Positions 28,268 through 37,607 of a stretch of DNA of 64,000 bases are shown here, piece by piece. Source of the stretch: Rubripirellula sp. (GTDB lineage Bacteria > Planctomycetota > Planctomycetia > Pirellulales > Pirellulaceae); assembly GCA_965216875.1 (NCBI GenBank), contig OZ244207.1, positions 1,056,001 to 1,120,000 on the forward strand, written 5' to 3'. The notes under the pieces are model-generated. The model saw only the letters and a list, made by a program, of their open reading frames with translations, did no database searches and was not told the origin of the DNA. Made by a program: the position numbers and the translations under genes. Position 1 is the first letter of the stretch. Each line of letters starts with the position of its first letter.

Positions 28268-29305
28268 ATGAGCTCATTTCGAACGCTACTGCTGAGTGCG
28301 ATCGTCCTCGCCACATGTCCCACTTTCGCTGACGATCCTTCGTCGGTTGATGTGTTTCAAGGCCCGATGAGACTCGGTGAATCGGGGTTATCCAATGAAG
28401 ACTTTTTCTCGTTCACGTCGATTGGCCAGTGGCGTCTCGAAGTGGATGGCAAACCAGTCATTGTTTCGGTGTATCACGACTTGGCAAAACGTTTGGGCGG
28501 GCAATGGATCGATGAACATGGCATTCTCGATCTCAGCAACGTTAGCTTCCGCGACAAGCGTTTGCGTTTTGTGTCGATACCGACCGGCGATCGGCAACTT
28601 CAATGGCGGCTAGCGGGATCCACCGTTGACGACGAGCTTGTTGGTACGGCGTCGAATGATCGTGATGGCGCAAGCTATGTCGAAGGAAATCGGATTCGTG
28701 AAACGCCGCCTGAGGTGGGGCGTTGGAGCGTCGGCTTTCGAGAACGACGTGTGAACCGCAGCCTGCAAATTTCGATGCTTGATGATGGACGGTTGGTCGC
28801 CGGTTTCCGGTTGAATGACGGGATGGAACCGATCGACGTTCACATCGCGGACGGAAAGTTTGAATTCGAATTGGGCGGTGCGGACTTTCGCGGTGCACTA
28901 CGTTCGACGAATGTCTTTGATGGAAAGCTTGAAACGGCCAGGGCCGAAGCGAGCATGGCCTTCATGCGTATCGGTCGCCCAATCATCGGCTACTGGCAAT
29001 GTGACTTGTCGGATTCGGGCAGCGATCAAAGGCTGGTCATCATGCCTGACTTCAGCGGTTGGTTTGGTCCCTACAAAATCACCGAGATCGAATGCGATGA
29101 TCTCGAAACTTACGCGCAGGTTTTTGGTGGCGAGGAATTGAAGCAAGCGTCCCTCTCTTTTTCCTACACCGATGCAAAGGGAGTCGAGCACAGCTTCATC
29201 GGAGAGGTCACGGGGGAGCAAATGGCGGGAAAAATCGATTCCGGTACCGAGATGACCGCCAGACGCCGGCACAAATGGTGGGCAGCGACGAAGTTTCGAA
29301 AGTAG
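28268..29305 (+). CDS. Secreted hypothetical protein with three GxW-initiated beta-rich repeats
   Basis: Signal peptide; SIGQWRL, EVGRWSV and IIGYWQC spaced roughly 90-100 aa apart. Confidence 0.72.
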   Translation: MSSFRTLLLSAIVLATCPTFADDPSSVDVFQGPMRLGESGLSNEDFFSFTSIGQWRLEVDGKPVIVSVYHDLAKRLGGQWIDEHGILDLSNVSFRDKRLRFVSIPTGDRQLQWRLAGSTVDDELVGTASNDRDGASYVEGNRIRETPPEVGRWSVGFRERRVNRSLQISMLDDGRLVAGFRLNDGMEPIDVHIADGKFEFELGGADFRGALRSTNVFDGKLETARAEASMAFMRIGRPIIGYWQCDLSDSGSDQRLVIMPDFSGWFGPYKITEIECDDLETYAQVFGGEELKQASLSFSYTDAKGVEHSFIGEVTGEQMAGKIDSGTEMTARRRHKWWAATKFRK

Positions 29306-29451
29306 CTCGGCGCCCGCGTTCTCTTGGAAGCGACCCTACATACACCTCAATTCGGGGGGCGGTTTTGCCGTTTTTTTCGGTTGTGGCGTGAGGTGGTGCC
29401 GGCTGAGGTCGCGGTCGGGCCCGGGAAGTCCTAACTCCGGGGCGTTTATGC

Positions 29452-29480
29452 TTGGTTCTGGGCATATCGGGGAGTATCAT
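29452..29480 (+). promoter_or_regulatory. Putative sigma70-type promoter
   Basis: TTGGTT (29452-57), 17-bp spacer, TATCAT (29475-80). Confidence 0.45.
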
Positions 29481-29705
29481 TGGGCCTGACGGAAGTCTGC
29501 CGCGACCCTGGGGAAGCGGGCTGGTGACCTCGTTTGGTCATTTGCTCGTTGGGTGTCAGGCTGACCCGCCTCATCCGTCGACCGAGTTGTTCTGCTGTTT
29601 TTGCCCAGAGAATGGGGCGACAGCAGGTGGAATCCCAAGAATCAAAGCCAGCTAAATGTACTCGTCCCGCTGGCGAGGCGAACCTGCTTCAAAAGGAACC
29701 TATCT

Positions 29706-30530
29706 GTGATCACCCGAATCGCATTGTCCGTTGCAGCCGTTTTTGCAATTTCAATGTCAGTTCCCGCTCACGCTGACAACATCGACGAAGCAGCAGCGCT
29801 CAACGTCGGCTTGTTTGAAGCGATGGATGCTGGCCAGGTGGATGTGAAATTCATCCCCCAAGATGCAAAGAAAGCAAACGTCCTGATTAAGAACCTGACC
29901 GACAAGCCTCTTCACCTGCGGCTTCCCAACGCGTTCGCCAGCGTCCCTGTTCTTGCCCAAGGCATGATGGGCGGCATGGGCGGCATGGGTGGCGGCGGCA
30001 TGGGCGGCGGAGGCATGGGTATGGGCGGCGGTGGCCAAGCTGGCGGCGGCGGTATGGGTGGCATGGGCGGCGGCGGCATGGGCGGCATGGGCGGCGGCGG
30101 CATGATGGGCGGCGGCGGCGGATTCATGCGAGTCCCACCAGAACGTATGAAAAAGTTTTCGGTCAACACCGTTTGCCTCGAACATGGCAAGCCCGACCCA
30201 AATCCGAAAATGCCTTACAAGATCGTTCCAATCGAACAGTTCACCGATAATCCGCGCGTTCGCGTCATCTGCGAAGCACTCGGTTACAACCAAGTCACTC
30301 AGAACACGGCTCAAGCTGCAGCGTGGCACATCATGGACAAGATGAGCTGGCAAGAATTGGCTGCTAAGAACCGCGTCGAGAGCAAGTACGTCGGTAACAT
30401 TCGCTGGTTCTCGCCGATCGAACTGCGAACAGCAGCTGCGGTTGTCAACGAAGCGACCCGCATCGCCAAAGCACGCAGCGACAGCGATTCGAGCAGCAGC
30501 GAGTCGAGCGAAGCCGATTACGAAGGCTGA
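29706..30530 (+). CDS. Secreted hypothetical protein with internal Gly/Met-rich tract
   Basis: GTG start after AAGGA; signal peptide ending AHA; GGM tract of about 50 aa; CLEHGKPDP. Confidence 0.82.
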   Translation: MITRIALSVAAVFAISMSVPAHADNIDEAAALNVGLFEAMDAGQVDVKFIPQDAKKANVLIKNLTDKPLHLRLPNAFASVPVLAQGMMGGMGGMGGGGMGGGGMGMGGGGQAGGGGMGGMGGGGMGGMGGGGMMGGGGGFMRVPPERMKKFSVNTVCLEHGKPDPNPKMPYKIVPIEQFTDNPRVRVICEALGYNQVTQNTAQAAAWHIMDKMSWQELAAKNRVESKYVGNIRWFSPIELRTAAAVVNEATRIAKARSDSDSSSSESSEADYEG

Positions 30531-30561
30531 GCCGCCAAGCGATTCGCTTTGAAAAACACGT

Positions 30562-30596
30562 AACCGCACCAGTCGATCTGGTGCGGTTCTTTTTTT
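30562..30596 (+). terminator. Rho-independent terminator
   Basis: AACCGCACCAG-TCGAT-CTGGTGCGGTT-C-T7. Confidence 0.88.
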
Positions 30597-30728
30597 GGCA
30601 TGACCGATGCAATCGTCACGTCAACCCGATCGGTCATTGCCCAAATCCTAGGTCGACAACAGCCCAAAGAAACCACTGCCGATACTCAGACGGTGGGTTT
30701 TTTCCATGACATTTCAATGGGGCTGGGC

Positions 30729-31754
30729 ATGTCGACTGCGGGGAATTTGATGTCCTTTGACGAAGCGGGTCTGAAAAAGGCCGCCGTCCTATTGATGAGT
30801 CTACCGACCAAGACGGCCGCCACCGTCTTGGGCCAGCTGCCGCCGCGATACATCGAGGCGATCAGCATCCATATTGCGCAGACCGAATCGGTTGGCGGGG
30901 ATGACCAAGAGATCGTCATCGCCGAATTCCTGACCAGTAAGGCAAGCTCGCTGTACGCGAGTCCCGGTGGTCTCGAACGCGCCAAGGAACTGATCAAGGA
31001 AGCGCTCGGTCGCGACGCAACCGAGCTGATCGGCAATCTGCAACAGACCATCGAGGCGATGCCATTCGGCTTCATCAAGAAGGTCGATTCGCAAACGCTG
31101 CTTCAATTCATCGGTGACGAACACCCGCAAACGATCGCTCTTCTCTTGAGTCACGTACCCGGGCACTACGCCGCAGAAGTGCTCGCGGGACTCGAGCCGG
31201 ACAAGCAGCTTGACGTGATTCGGCGAGTGGCATCGATTGGACGCACGAGTCCCGAGGCTGTCAACGAACTGGAATACGGCCTCGAAATGCGTCTCAGTAG
31301 CATGGTCAACCAGCAACACAGCAACGCCGGCGGCGTCGAAAGTGTGGCTGAGATTCTGAACGTCTGCGAACGTTCGATCGAACGGACCATCATGGAATCG
31401 CTTGGTCGCGAAGATCCGGAGCTATCCGATGACATTCGTCGCCTGATGTTTGTCTTCGAGGACATTTCGAAACTTGCAGACCGCGACATTCAAGCGCTGC
31501 TGAAGAATGTCGAAACGGCTCAGTGGGCCATGTCGCTCAAAGGTGCCAGCCAAGGGCTGCAGGAAAAGGTGATGCGCAACATGAGTTCGCGTGCTGCGGA
31601 CAACCTTCGCGAGGAAATGGAGTACCTCGGAAGTGTCCGCGTTAGCGAGGTCGAATCGGTCCAACAGAAGATCGTCGACATTGTGCGCCACCTCGAAGAC
31701 ACGGGCGAAATCTCGCGACCAAGCGGCGAGGAAGAAGAAGAGTACGTGACCTAG
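30729..31754 (+). CDS. fliG: Flagellar motor switch protein FliG
   Basis: KKAAVLLMSL, PFGF, EHPQTIALLL, GG...VAEILN, MFVFEDI and NMSSRAA. Start uncertain (30717, 30729 or 30750). Confidence 0.95.
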   Translation: MSTAGNLMSFDEAGLKKAAVLLMSLPTKTAATVLGQLPPRYIEAISIHIAQTESVGGDDQEIVIAEFLTSKASSLYASPGGLERAKELIKEALGRDATELIGNLQQTIEAMPFGFIKKVDSQTLLQFIGDEHPQTIALLLSHVPGHYAAEVLAGLEPDKQLDVIRRVASIGRTSPEAVNELEYGLEMRLSSMVNQQHSNAGGVESVAEILNVCERSIERTIMESLGREDPELSDDIRRLMFVFEDISKLADRDIQALLKNVETAQWAMSLKGASQGLQEKVMRNMSSRAADNLREEMEYLGSVRVSEVESVQQKIVDIVRHLEDTGEISRPSGEEEEEYVT

Positions 31755-31761
31755 TCACGAC

Positions 31762-31851
31762 GTAGGTCATGCTCCGCATGACAAACCTGGGCTCGCCGTA
31801 GGTCATGCTCCGCATAACAAGACGACCGATGTCATGCACAGCATGACCTAC
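31762..31851. repeat. REP-like cluster (GTAGGTCATGCTCCGCATGAC family)
   Basis: Two direct copies and one inverted copy; the inverted GTAG contains the ppk2 stop codon. Confidence 0.85.
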
Positions 31852-32714
31852 AATTCGCCTTCCATTTCCGCTAGTTCGCGGTCGTACAATGCGCGGATTT
31901 CGTCAAGGTCGACTTCGGGATCTGGCATTTGCGGGTTCATCTTCTTCAGCGTGCGGTGCACGATTCCCGCGACCGCTGCGTCGCGGTACCACTTATGGTC
32001 GGCAGGGATGATGAACCACGGCGCTTCCTTTCGGTTGCACTTGTTGATGACATCGTCATACGCCTTGCGGTAATCGTCCCAGCGATCGCGAGCTGAATAG
32101 TCGGCGACATTCAACTTCCAGTGCTTTTCGGGATTGTCGAGGCGTTTGCGAAAACGCTCGAGTTGTTCGCGGGGGCTGATGTGCAGGTAGAACTTAAGGA
32201 TCTTCGTGCCATTGAGCGCCAGCGCAGATTCGAATTGGTTGATGACCTCGTAGCGAGCGTTCCAAACTTTCTTCGGAACGATGTCCTCGACTCTTACCAC
32301 CAACACGTCTTCGTAGTGCGATCGGTTGAAGATCGAAACCTTGCCTTTGCCTGGCGTGCATTTGTGGATCCGCCATAGAAAGTCGTGGGCCGCTTCTTCC
32401 TTGCTCGGCACTTTGAAGGGATACGTCCGGCAACCCTGCGGATTCATCTGACCAAGCACTTTCCGAATCACGCCGTCTTTGCCAGCGGCATCTGGCGCTT
32501 GAAGGACGATCAGCAGCGATTGTTTGTGTTCGCTGTAAAGTTTGTATTGCAGGTCCCGAATCTGCCCGACCATTTCAGCCGTGTAGGCCTGCGCGTCTTC
32601 CTTGCCATCGAACGGGCCAGTGACCTTGGTTTCGAGATTCTTGAGTCGGACCTTTTCGTCAAGCGGCACGCGGTGTTCTTTTGCGAAATCGATCATCGTT
32701 TGTTCCGTTGCCAT
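31848..32714 (-). CDS. ppk2: Polyphosphate kinase 2 family (class III-like polyphosphate:nucleotide phosphotransferase)
   Basis: DAAGKDG, HDFLWR, FNRSHYEDV, KFYLHIS and APWFIIPADHKW. Confidence 0.92.
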   Translation of the reverse strand: MATEQTMIDFAKEHRVPLDEKVRLKNLETKVTGPFDGKEDAQAYTAEMVGQIRDLQYKLYSEHKQSLLIVLQAPDAAGKDGVIRKVLGQMNPQGCRTYPFKVPSKEEAAHDFLWRIHKCTPGKGKVSIFNRSHYEDVLVVRVEDIVPKKVWNARYEVINQFESALALNGTKILKFYLHISPREQLERFRKRLDNPEKHWKLNVADYSARDRWDDYRKAYDDVINKCNRKEAPWFIIPADHKWYRDAAVAGIVHRTLKKMNPQMPDPEVDLDEIRALYDRELAEMEGEL

Positions 32715-33043
32715 TGAATTGGATTGCGACAAGATTCTAGCAGCTCTGCCGAACAGGCTTGGGATGACATTTTCACTGTGGCTCCCACAGGCCATGACCG
32801 GCACGCAAGCTCGCGTTCGGGTGAGCCATTACGGCACCGGTCGATCGAGCGACAAACGTTAAAAAATGGCGTAGGGGGAGCGAAGGTTTTGCGAACCCGC
32901 CGAGCCGCGGCAATCATAATGTTCCGTGAACGTTCGCGACCTGCTATCCACAGCGGCATCAGCTGTGAATACTGTTTCTGCTCAGCCTTCAAGACGCGTT
33001 GGCTGGGCGTTGGTCCTGTAAGTTTGTTTCTGCCTTTGCACTG

Positions 33044-36000
33044 ATGTCAGGCGGACCTTTGCCCGATCATCCCCTTCCATCTGACGACGACGCCGAAGCG
33101 GATCAACTGATTGACCCGCCAACGCTACCTCCTCGCTCGGCAGCAGAGGTTGAGACCAGCGAAGCCGATACGGTGCCTCCCGACGAACCGCTCGAGTGCA
33201 AAACGATTCCGCCTGACGGACCGGTGTACTCGGATGAGGCCTCGGATTCTAAGTCAGATTCGGCCACAACCGATTTGGGGCAGTTCTTCGGAGACTACGA
33301 GTTGCTTGAAGAGGTTGCTCGGGGTGGCATGGGGGTCGTCTACAAGGCACGACAGATTTCGCTCAATCGCGTCGTGGCGCTCAAGATGATCCTTGCAGGT
33401 CAACTCGCGAGTGAAGAAGACGTCCAACGTTTTCACAGTGAAGCCGAGGCCGCTGCAAATCTGGATCATCCCGGCATCGTGCCGATCTTTGAGATTGGTC
33501 AGGTCGACGGCCAGCATTATTTTTCGATGGGTTACGTCGACGGTCAAAACCTCGGTGACAAAATCGCGTCCAGACCGATGGCGCCCACGGAAGCCGCGGA
33601 GCTCGTGTTGAAGGTTTGCGATGCGATGGTCTACGCACACAGCCATGGTGTGATCCATCGCGATTTGAAACCAGCCAACATCCTGATTGATTCAACCGGG
33701 CAACCGAAGGTTACCGACTTTGGCATCGCTCGCAACACCTCGGCGACAAGCGAACTGACCGGCACGGGGCAAATCCTGGGGACGCCAAACTACATGCCGC
33801 CCGAGCAGGCGTCGGGTAAATCGGAACAGATCGGAGCGGCATCGGACGTTTACTCGCTCGGTGCGATTCTCTACTGCTTGTTAACAGGTCGCCCGCCGTT
33901 TCAGGCGGCGAGCGTGATGGACACCTTGCTACAGGTGTTGGAGCAGGAGCCGGTATCACCCAGGCAATTGAACAACCGCGTCACGCGTGATCTTGAAACG
34001 ATCACGTTGAAGTGTTTGCACAAGAAACGGACACGACGCTACGCGACCGCTTCAGCACTTTCGGAAGAACTGCATCGCTTCCTTGATGGACGTCCGATCA
34101 GCGCGCGTCCGATCACCGCGACCGAAAGGACACTGCGGTGGATCGCACGTCATCCGTGGAAAGCTTCGACGGCGATCACTCTGTTGCTTGTCTTCGTTTT
34201 GCTCGCTGGTGGTGCACCCGCCGTTGCCATTCGCGAAAACTATTTGCGTAATCAAGTCGACAGTGAACTGTATGCAAGTCGCGTTCAATTGGCCGAACGC
34301 GAGCATCGGACCGGCCAAGTTGCGGCGGCGATTGTCGCGTTGGACGAATGCCCGCTCGAGTTGCGAGGCTGGGAATGGAACTACGTTTCACGCCTCTGCC
34401 GAATGGGGCCGATCACGGCCGAGCATCACCAAAGGCCGGTGCATGCGGTTGCCTACAACTCAATTGGGAATCAAATCGCATCGGGCGACTCAAGCGGGAC
34501 CGTTGTCCTTTGGGACAGTCGCACGGCTTCAGTCACACAGAGCAAGGCGGCGCATGCAAACGCGGTCACAAGCATTTGCTACACCCCGGATGATCGCTAC
34601 TTGGTTTCGTCGGATCGCGGCGGAGTCATTAAGGTTTGGAAGCTTGGTCCGAGTCTTGGCGAACCGATGCACGTGCTGGATCAACATACCGCTGCGGTCA
34701 ATGCATTGTCGGTCAGCCCAGATGGTCGCTACGTCGCATCGGCAAGCGACGATCAAACGGTGAAGGTGTGGGACGTCGACTCAGGTTCCTGCGTGGCAAC
34801 GATTGCGGATCAGGTCGGACGCATCTATGACGTGGCGTTTCATCCGAATGGCGAGGCCATCGCAACCGCTGGCGAAGACATGATGCTTCGACTCTGGGAT
34901 TGGCAGAACGAACATCAACTGCTCGTCTTTTCTGGCTTGCACCATGGCGTGCGGTCTGTTGACTTCAGCCCGCTCGGCGACCGGTTGGTGTCGGCGGGAA
35001 ATGACAAACTTCTCAGTGTTTGGGACGCCGCGTCGGGACGGCTGTTGCAACGCATGCGTGGTCATCGCGGACCAATTCATCGCGCCGTGTTTGCCCCCAA
35101 TGGTCGCGAAGTGCTTTCCGCAAGTGAGGATCAAACGATTCGACTTTGGGATGTTTCCTCCGGCGATCCCATTCGAGTTTTTCGCGGGCACAGTTGGGCG
35201 GTTGAATCGGTGTGTTTCAGTCCCAATGGTTCGCGTTTTGCATCGGTCTCGCAAGACCAATCGTTGCGGTTATGGGAGGCAAAACACTCGCCCGAGATTT
35301 TGTCGATCCCCGCGGATAAGGATGGCGTGACTGCTTTCGCCCCCTACCAAGAGATACTGTTGACGGGTGGAATGAATAACACGATCCATGCATGGCACAT
35401 CACCTCCGCGGCTCCGGCCGCGCCGGAAGTGCGGTTTCATTCTCAACCGATCCGATGCATCGAAGCGTCGCCCGGCGGCCAGTGGATCGCTAGTAGTGGT
35501 GACGACGGGGTGATCAGGGTATGGAAGCCGAGTGCGATGGAACTTGAAGCGACGCTTGCCGGTCACGTCGGGCCTGTTCAGTCGTTGCGATTCAGTCAGG
35601 ACGGCCAACGTTTGGTCTCATGTGGCGATGATGGTACCGCTCGACTGTGGAATTTGGAGACAGGCGAGAGTGTCGCGCTGCAACACCAAAGCAAGGTGGT
35701 TGACGCCGTCTTCGATGCAACGGGTCAAACGTTCTTCACGGTGACGCAGGCGGGAACGGTGACGAAATGGACCGCTGATTTTGGGCAAAGGGTCCAATCG
35801 GCTTCGTGGGATTTTCCGATCACTTCCGTCACGCTCAATCCGACAAAGCGTGAGGTTTGGATTGGTGATCTGAAAGGCAATCTGGTCGCCCTCAGTAGCG
35901 ATCAATTGACGTTGAATTGGCAACGTCAAGACGCTCATTCCTCGCCAATCACCACAATGACCACCAAAGTCGACGGCAGACGCATTGCAACGGCTGACGC

Positions 36001-37480
36001 GGCGGGAACCCTTAAGGTTTGGCATCCAACCGAAACGGCTCCGTTGCTTTCGCTGCGTGAGCATCGTGATGCAATCACTGAAATCCGGTTTTGCTTTGAC
36101 GATCGTTGGTTGGTGACAGCGAGTCTCGATGGCAAGGTCAACATTCTTGATTCCGCTCTGCCGACTCGGCAACAGCGACGTGCGAAATGGTTGGTCGAAT
36201 CGTTGACGGCGATCGGATCAGGCGGTGACGCGATCGACGAGCAAATCGCGACTTTGTGTGGCGAGAATGCACAGCTGGCTGCCGATGCACGCCGTTACTT
36301 TGCCGGACACGGCGCGACCCCCGAACAGTGGCTCGCCGAAGCGGCCGAAACCGTTTCTTGGCCCGGAGCTTCAATGCGAGTCTACGCGCATGCACTTGGG
36401 CAAGTCCAACGAGTGCACGCGATTCGAAAGGCGACGCCCCGAAGTCTCGAAGTCCTTGCCACCGCGCAATTTCGAATCGGCGAACTCGACGCAGCACGCC
36501 AATCGCTTGTTCGTCGAACCGAACTGATTGACGCGACAAACAATGGGGCTGAAACCGTCGACGATTGGCCAGACTCCGGCATGTCATTGCCCATCGAAGC
36601 GATCGTGGCCCACGGACTGGGCGACTCCGAACTTGCGATCAAGAAACTCACCGGGGTGTGGGGAGCGCGGAACGGTTTGTCATGGCGGCAAGATGAGATG
36701 GCTGCCATGCAGTCTCGCCGAATGTTTGAAGAGGCAAAGCGAGTGATCTTTGGACAATGGGTGGACGAAGTCGAAGCGTTGCTTGAGATCAAGGGGATGC
36801 CAAGCTCAGCAGGACCAGTGGTATTGAACGCCAAATCACTGCTGCATGCCGACGAAACACGCTCAGAGACTTCAAAAAAAGTGCTGCCCTATCTGGTTGC
36901 CGATCATTTGGTCGATGCCTTAGGGCGTCAGTGGATGGTCCCGCATCGTATGGTCAAGGCACTTGAAGACAACGAAGAACTCGACGAACGCGTTCGCGAG
37001 ATTGCGCTCGAGATGACGTCTCAATACAGGGCTGAACCACAGGTCTTGTTCGATGCGAGTTTGCGAGTCCTCACGACGCCTGGCTTGACTGCAAACGAGT
37101 ACCGCCTGGCTGCTGATCAAGCCGAAGAATTGAAACGCGTCCTCGCAACGTCGCCTCGAGAATCGTATCCAACAACCATCGTCGACACTCTGTTTGGCTG
37201 TGCTCAGTTTCGCATCGGCGATGTCGATGGCTCAATTGTCACGTTGGAAGCAACACTTGGAACGACCGATGCAATGAGTGCGATTCGATTGGCGTTTTTG
37301 GCAATGGCTTATCGTGCCAAGGGTAACGTCGAACGGGGGGCATTCTATTTTGAGCGAATCAAACAGGTTGAGTCGCGGATTTCGCCGATCGCGTCGCTGT
37401 CGGAGTTGATTTCCGAAGTGAAAGGCGAGTTTGGCAATCCCGACGATGTCGGTTTGGACGTCCACGGGCGACCGCTGTGA
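33044..37480 (+). CDS. Hanks-type Ser/Thr kinase with TM segment, WD40 repeats and TPR-like tail
   Basis: ARGGMGVVYKA, VALK, alphaC Glu (RFHSEA), HRDLKPAN, DFG, GTPNYMPPE; more than 10 GH...WD-type repeats. Confidence 0.93.
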   Translation: MSGGPLPDHPLPSDDDAEADQLIDPPTLPPRSAAEVETSEADTVPPDEPLECKTIPPDGPVYSDEASDSKSDSATTDLGQFFGDYELLEEVARGGMGVVYKARQISLNRVVALKMILAGQLASEEDVQRFHSEAEAAANLDHPGIVPIFEIGQVDGQHYFSMGYVDGQNLGDKIASRPMAPTEAAELVLKVCDAMVYAHSHGVIHRDLKPANILIDSTGQPKVTDFGIARNTSATSELTGTGQILGTPNYMPPEQASGKSEQIGAASDVYSLGAILYCLLTGRPPFQAASVMDTLLQVLEQEPVSPRQLNNRVTRDLETITLKCLHKKRTRRYATASALSEELHRFLDGRPISARPITATERTLRWIARHPWKASTAITLLLVFVLLAGGAPAVAIRENYLRNQVDSELYASRVQLAEREHRTGQVAAAIVALDECPLELRGWEWNYVSRLCRMGPITAEHHQRPVHAVAYNSIGNQIASGDSSGTVVLWDSRTASVTQSKAAHANAVTSICYTPDDRYLVSSDRGGVIKVWKLGPSLGEPMHVLDQHTAAVNALSVSPDGRYVASASDDQTVKVWDVDSGSCVATIADQVGRIYDVAFHPNGEAIATAGEDMMLRLWDWQNEHQLLVFSGLHHGVRSVDFSPLGDRLVSAGNDKLLSVWDAASGRLLQRMRGHRGPIHRAVFAPNGREVLSASEDQTIRLWDVSSGDPIRVFRGHSWAVESVCFSPNGSRFASVSQDQSLRLWEAKHSPEILSIPADKDGVTAFAPYQEILLTGGMNNTIHAWHITSAAPAAPEVRFHSQPIRCIEASPGGQWIASSGDDGVIRVWKPSAMELEATLAGHVGPVQSLRFSQDGQRLVSCGDDGTARLWNLETGESVALQHQSKVVDAVFDATGQTFFTVTQAGTVTKWTADFGQRVQSASWDFPITSVTLNPTKREVWIGDLKGNLVALSSDQLTLNWQRQDAHSSPITTMTTKVDGRRIATADAAGTLKVWHPTETAPLLSLREHRDAITEIRFCFDDRWLVTASLDGKVNILDSALPTRQQRRAKWLVESLTAIGSGGDAIDEQIATLCGENAQLAADARRYFAGHGATPEQWLAEAAETVSWPGASMRVYAHALGQVQRVHAIRKATPRSLEVLATAQFRIGELDAARQSLVRRTELIDATNNGAETVDDWPDSGMSLPIEAIVAHGLGDSELAIKKLTGVWGARNGLSWRQDEMAAMQSRRMFEEAKRVIFGQWVDEVEALLEIKGMPSSAGPVVLNAKSLLHADETRSETSKKVLPYLVADHLVDALGRQWMVPHRMVKALEDNEELDERVREIALEMTSQYRAEPQVLFDASLRVLTTPGLTANEYRLAADQAEELKRVLATSPRESYPTTIVDTLFGCAQFRIGDVDGSIVTLEATLGTTDAMSAIRLAFLAMAYRAKGNVERGAFYFERIKQVESRISPIASLSELISEVKGEFGNPDDVGLDVHGRPL

Positions 37481-37607
37481 ATCGATGGCAAGCTGGAAGG
37501 CCAACTGTTACCAGGCACTCAGAGAACTTACACTTTTCTTGCTGTCGTCCCTGGTTGTTTGGGATGACAGGACAACCGCAAAACGAATCGCTTGATTGAG
37601 TTGTGAA

